64,000 nucleotides of DNA from a virus: IMG/VR virus record IMGVR_UViG_3300017605_000678, positions 11,537-75,536 of that record. One strand, 5' to 3'. Shown piece after piece: positions 61,324 through 64,000 of the stretch; within the stretch, counting starts at the first letter, position 1; each line of letters starts with the position of its first letter. Position numbers and translations under genes: made by a program. Below the pieces are notes generated by a model. It was not told the origin of the DNA, ran no database searches, and saw nothing but the letters and a program-made list of their open reading frames with translations.

Positions 61324-63194
61324 AGTTCCTCGACCTCCACGGTTTGGTCTTGGCTCTCCGGATGAGACGAGACGAAGCGGAAGAGCCCGTCCGGAAACAT
61401 GCCCAGGACACACGGATACACGCGCGAGCCCACGGGCAGGGTCGCGACGTTGAAGCCGGCCGGATCCGCGTCGTCGGCCGCTGTCCCCAGAGCGAACACG
61501 CTTGCCGTAATGGAGAGCACGCGCCGGAAGCACGCGGTCGAGCCGTTGCGGACATAGATCCAGCTTCCGGCCTTGAAACGGGCGCTCGGCGGCCCGTCGA
61601 CCTGGACACTGTTTGCCGAGACGACCAGGAGCGGCAGGTACTCGGTCCAGAGAGGCACTACGACGGGCAGCCCCGTGTCCCTGATGGCCTTGGCGCGCGC
61701 CTGGACAAACTCCAGGGGTGTGAGGGCCCGGCGCTCGTACGCAATGCGGTAGCGGGCAGCGGAGCGAATCCTCTGCCGCTGCTCGCCGGCCTCTCGGTTT
61801 TGCACGATCAGAGTCTGCCAGCCGCCCGTCACGGTCACGGGCCGGCCCCAATCTGGGTCGTAGGCAATGAAGGATGGCCGGCGGGCGCTCGTCGGCCAGG
61901 GCTCGCGCGCCTCGGGCGTGCCGCAAGCCGAGTGCGGCGCAATGCCGAACCCGGCCATAACGACCGTGATGTCGCCGGCGCCGACAAAGCCAAAGGCCGT
62001 CGCGACCATGGTCCCGAAGGCCTCGCCCGAGGAAATGCCCACCGGCCGGGCCGGGCAAGTGGCCGTGAGATTGCCAAAAGCCTCCTCGGATCCAAGGCCG
62101 GCAATCGGCACGGAGAGATTGACTTGCAGCAGGCCGAACGCCTCGCCGCTGTCGATCCCGGCCGGCTGCGCGTGCGCGCCCGTGGGCGGGCCCAGCGCTT
62201 CGCCACTAGCGATCCCGTCCGGCGTGACCGTCGTGATTCCGCCCGTGACCTCGAGCGTGCCGAACGCGCCCGCAGACACGATTCCGGTCGGGCTGGCCGT
62301 CTGAGGCTGTCCGACCTGGACAGTGCCGAAAACTTCCTGAGTCCAAATCCCTTGGGGATGAATCGTTTGATTGACCTGGAGCGTGCCGAACGCCTCGCCG
62401 CTGTCGATCGTGATCCCGTCGGCGCCCCCGGCCGTCGGAGACCCGAAAGCCTCGCCGGAGGCAATGGCCGTCGGCGTGACTGTGACTGGCCCAGGCACGG
62501 CCGACAGCGCTCCGAACGTCTCGCCGCTGGAAAGTGCCGCTGGGTAGATGACAAGGTCGGCATGGAGCACGCCGAACGCCTCGCCGCTGGCTATCCCAGT
62601 GGGCGCAGCGTTCAAGTTGACTTGCAGCGTTCCGAACGCCTCGCCAGAGGCAATGGCATCCGGAGTCGAGGAAAAGAGGGCTGCCAGAGTCCCGAAGGCC
62701 TCGCCCGAGGCAATGCCGGCGATCGGCACGTTCAAATTGACCTGGGTCGTTCCGAACGTCTCGCCGGAGGCAATGGCCGTCGGCGTCGCGTTGAGGTTCG
62801 CCTGCAACGTCCCGAAGGCCTCGCCGCTGGCGATTCCGTCGGGGCTCGCGTTGAGGTTCGCTTGCAGCGTCCCGAAGGCCTCGCCGCTGGCGATCGCCGT
62901 TGGCGTCACAGTCACGGGCCCGGGAACCGCTGCCAGCGCTCCGAACGTCTCGCCGCTGGAGATCGCGGTCGGAAAGATCGTGAGGTTGACCTGGAAGGCT
63001 CCGAACGTCTCGCCGCTGGCGATTGCGTCCGGCGTGACCGTGACGGCCCCAGGCTGGACGACCAGCGTTCCGAAAGTTTCCCCGCTGGCGATTCCGTCTG
63101 GAGTGACGGTTTGGTTCGCCGTTGACGAGGTAAACGGAAACGGCGGCGATTGCGGTGGCGGATCCGGCGGCCGCCTAAAGGTCCAGCTGTTCAC
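61320..63194 (-). CDS. Tail protein with 18 (G/A)IxSGE(A/T)FG repeats fused to a distal-tail-like domain
   Basis: Repeats of roughly 16-23 aa counted in the translation; C-domain PDW...G.EQR..R...R..I.Y...VPLW. Confidence 0.7.
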   Translation of the reverse strand: MNSWTFRRPPDPPPQSPPFPFTSSTANQTVTPDGIASGETFGTLVVQPGAVTVTPDAIASGETFGAFQVNLTIFPTAISSGETFGALAAVPGPVTVTPTAIASGEAFGTLQANLNASPDGIASGEAFGTLQANLNATPTAIASGETFGTTQVNLNVPIAGIASGEAFGTLAALFSSTPDAIASGEAFGTLQVNLNAAPTGIASGEAFGVLHADLVIYPAALSSGETFGALSAVPGPVTVTPTAIASGEAFGSPTAGGADGITIDSGEAFGTLQVNQTIHPQGIWTQEVFGTVQVGQPQTASPTGIVSAGAFGTLEVTGGITTVTPDGIASGEALGPPTGAHAQPAGIDSGEAFGLLQVNLSVPIAGLGSEEAFGNLTATCPARPVGISSGEAFGTMVATAFGFVGAGDITVVMAGFGIAPHSACGTPEAREPWPTSARRPSFIAYDPDWGRPVTVTGGWQTLIVQNREAGEQRQRIRSAARYRIAYERRALTPLEFVQARAKAIRDTGLPVVVPLWTEYLPLLVVSANSVQVDGPPSARFKAGSWIYVRNGSTACFRRVLSITASVFALGTAADDADPAGFNVATLPVGSRVYPCVLGMFPDGLFRFVSSHPESQDQTVEVEEL

Positions 63195-63204
63195 GGAGCG
63201 GGGA

Positions 63205-63687
63205 TTATCCGCCGACTTCTTCGAACCAGACGGTCCCCGAGATGTTCATTGTGTCGGCCGGCGTCGTCGCCAGCTCGATCGTCAAGCGGTTCCCGGGGCT
63301 TATGTTCGGTCGAAGTTCAGGGATGAAAGTCTTGTTGAACGGGACCCGTTCATTCCAGGACCAGGAGGCCAGCTGCTCGATCGAGCCCGAGCCCGTCGCC
63401 ATCCGCGTGGTGTTGTTGGCCTCGACCGTCCCGCCGAAAGCCGTGTCGCCGTCCTCGACGGGTTGGGCCGTGGGCGTAGTTCCCCCGGATCCACTGGTCA
63501 CGGAGCCGACGCCGCGCTTGAGCAGGATCTGCAACATCTCCTCCTGGGCGTCCCCGACCTCGGTCGATTGCTCGATCTCGATCGCGTGGACAAGGACCAC
63601 GGAGTCCGTTGGCGCCAGGATTTCGAAAAAGTCCTGTTGCGCCGTGACGGTCACAGCTTGGAAGTGTGCGGAGTATTTTCGGCCCAT
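63205..63687 (-). CDS. Putative virion structural protein
   Basis: MGR.Y...F..V..TA.QD.FEI...SG...FEE.G beta-sandwich pattern; in the tail module. Confidence 0.6.
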   Translation of the reverse strand: MGRKYSAHFQAVTVTAQQDFFEILAPTDSVVLVHAIEIEQSTEVGDAQEEMLQILLKRGVGSVTSGSGGTTPTAQPVEDGDTAFGGTVEANNTTRMATGSGSIEQLASWSWNERVPFNKTFIPELRPNISPGNRLTIELATTPADTMNISGTVWFEEVGG

Positions 63688-63690
63688 AGT

Positions 63691-64000
63691 TCACCTATTA
63701 AGTATCGCCGGCATCTGCGCAGGCAAGAAAGGAATCATGCTGCGCGTTCCGGGAGGAACGGAAAAGCCAGCGATCACAAACTTGACCGCCCCGTGCGTCC
63801 AGTTGCTCGTCGTCGAGGAGGCGGCCCCGTCCACGGTCGATGATGATTGAGTGCGGAACCCGCCAATGTTCAGCTCCTGAGTTAGTAGCGTCTGCGCCGC
63901 CGTCGGCGCCGTGGTTTGATCGACATAGACGACGCCCATCACAAGATCGCCAACGGCCGAGGTCACGCTGACCGAACTGCTGCTTGCGTTGCCGCTCGAG
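63691..64000 (-). CDS. S/T/G-rich virion protein, 5' end outside the window
   Basis: Frame open to the window edge (..SSGNASSSSVSVTSAVGDLV..). Confidence 0.55.
   Translation of the reverse strand, partial: SSGNASSSSVSVTSAVGDLVMGVVYVDQTTAPTAAQTLLTQELNIGGFRTQSSSTVDGAASSTTSNWTHGAVKFVIAGFSVPPGTRSMIPFLPAQMPAILNR

Noticed and set aside
103-63850. Numerous long plus-strand ORFs (e.g. 12121-13569, 57355-59229, 61344-63125)
   Set aside because: Antisense shadows of GC-rich minus-strand genes; R/A/G-rich translations without motifs, while minus-strand genes tile the window with coupled stops and starts
1-64000. Apparent abundance of GATC/CGATCG as a methylation-linked signal
   Set aside because: Could follow from ATC/GAT codon use in GC-rich genes; cannot be judged without a Markov-model count
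1-64000. Prophage boundaries, integrase, lysis cassette
   Set aside because: No host genes, att-like context, recombinase, endolysin or clear holin was recognised; they may lie outside the window

Overview
The window is a 64-kb slice of a GC-rich tailed dsDNA phage (siphovirus-like, genome larger than the window). Essentially every real gene is on the minus strand, and the long plus-strand ORFs are shadows. In transcription order (right to left): the distal tail module (repeat protein, distal-tail-like, DUF2163 hub, NlpC/P60, central tail protein, fibre, radical SAM, LamG, tail-tube-like); HNH; a recombination/replication block (Rad50/SbcC-like ATPase, UvrD, replication initiator plus DnaC-like loader, CsrA-like, stand-alone TSCPD, KhpA-like, SSB, RecU, SF2 helicase); many small early genes; ASCH, DUF5131 and two DNA methyltransferases; TerS/TerL; an accessory island (JAB/RadC, two PAPS-reductase-family proteins, ParB-like); portal, MuF, scaffold and major capsid. 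No integrase, polymerase, tape measure or lysis gene was recognised. The host is plausibly Verrucomicrobiota (inference only). Three things stand out. (1) Four consecutive fibre/lectin/depolymerase-type genes directly downstream of the capsid gene all carry Sec signal peptides, and an outer-membrane beta-barrel shares a fibre repeat motif, which suggests exported or periplasm-matured virion appendages. (2) A ~100-bp promoter + covarying hairpin + non-SD start cassette occurs six times, with a seventh promoter-only copy, and heads small-gene modules. (3) A 122-nt tRNA-like RNA with an Ala acceptor (G3:U70, A73), an Arg(UCG) anticodon loop and a ~45-nt insertion is nested in a CDS. All family calls come from motif recognition by eye; no database searches were run.
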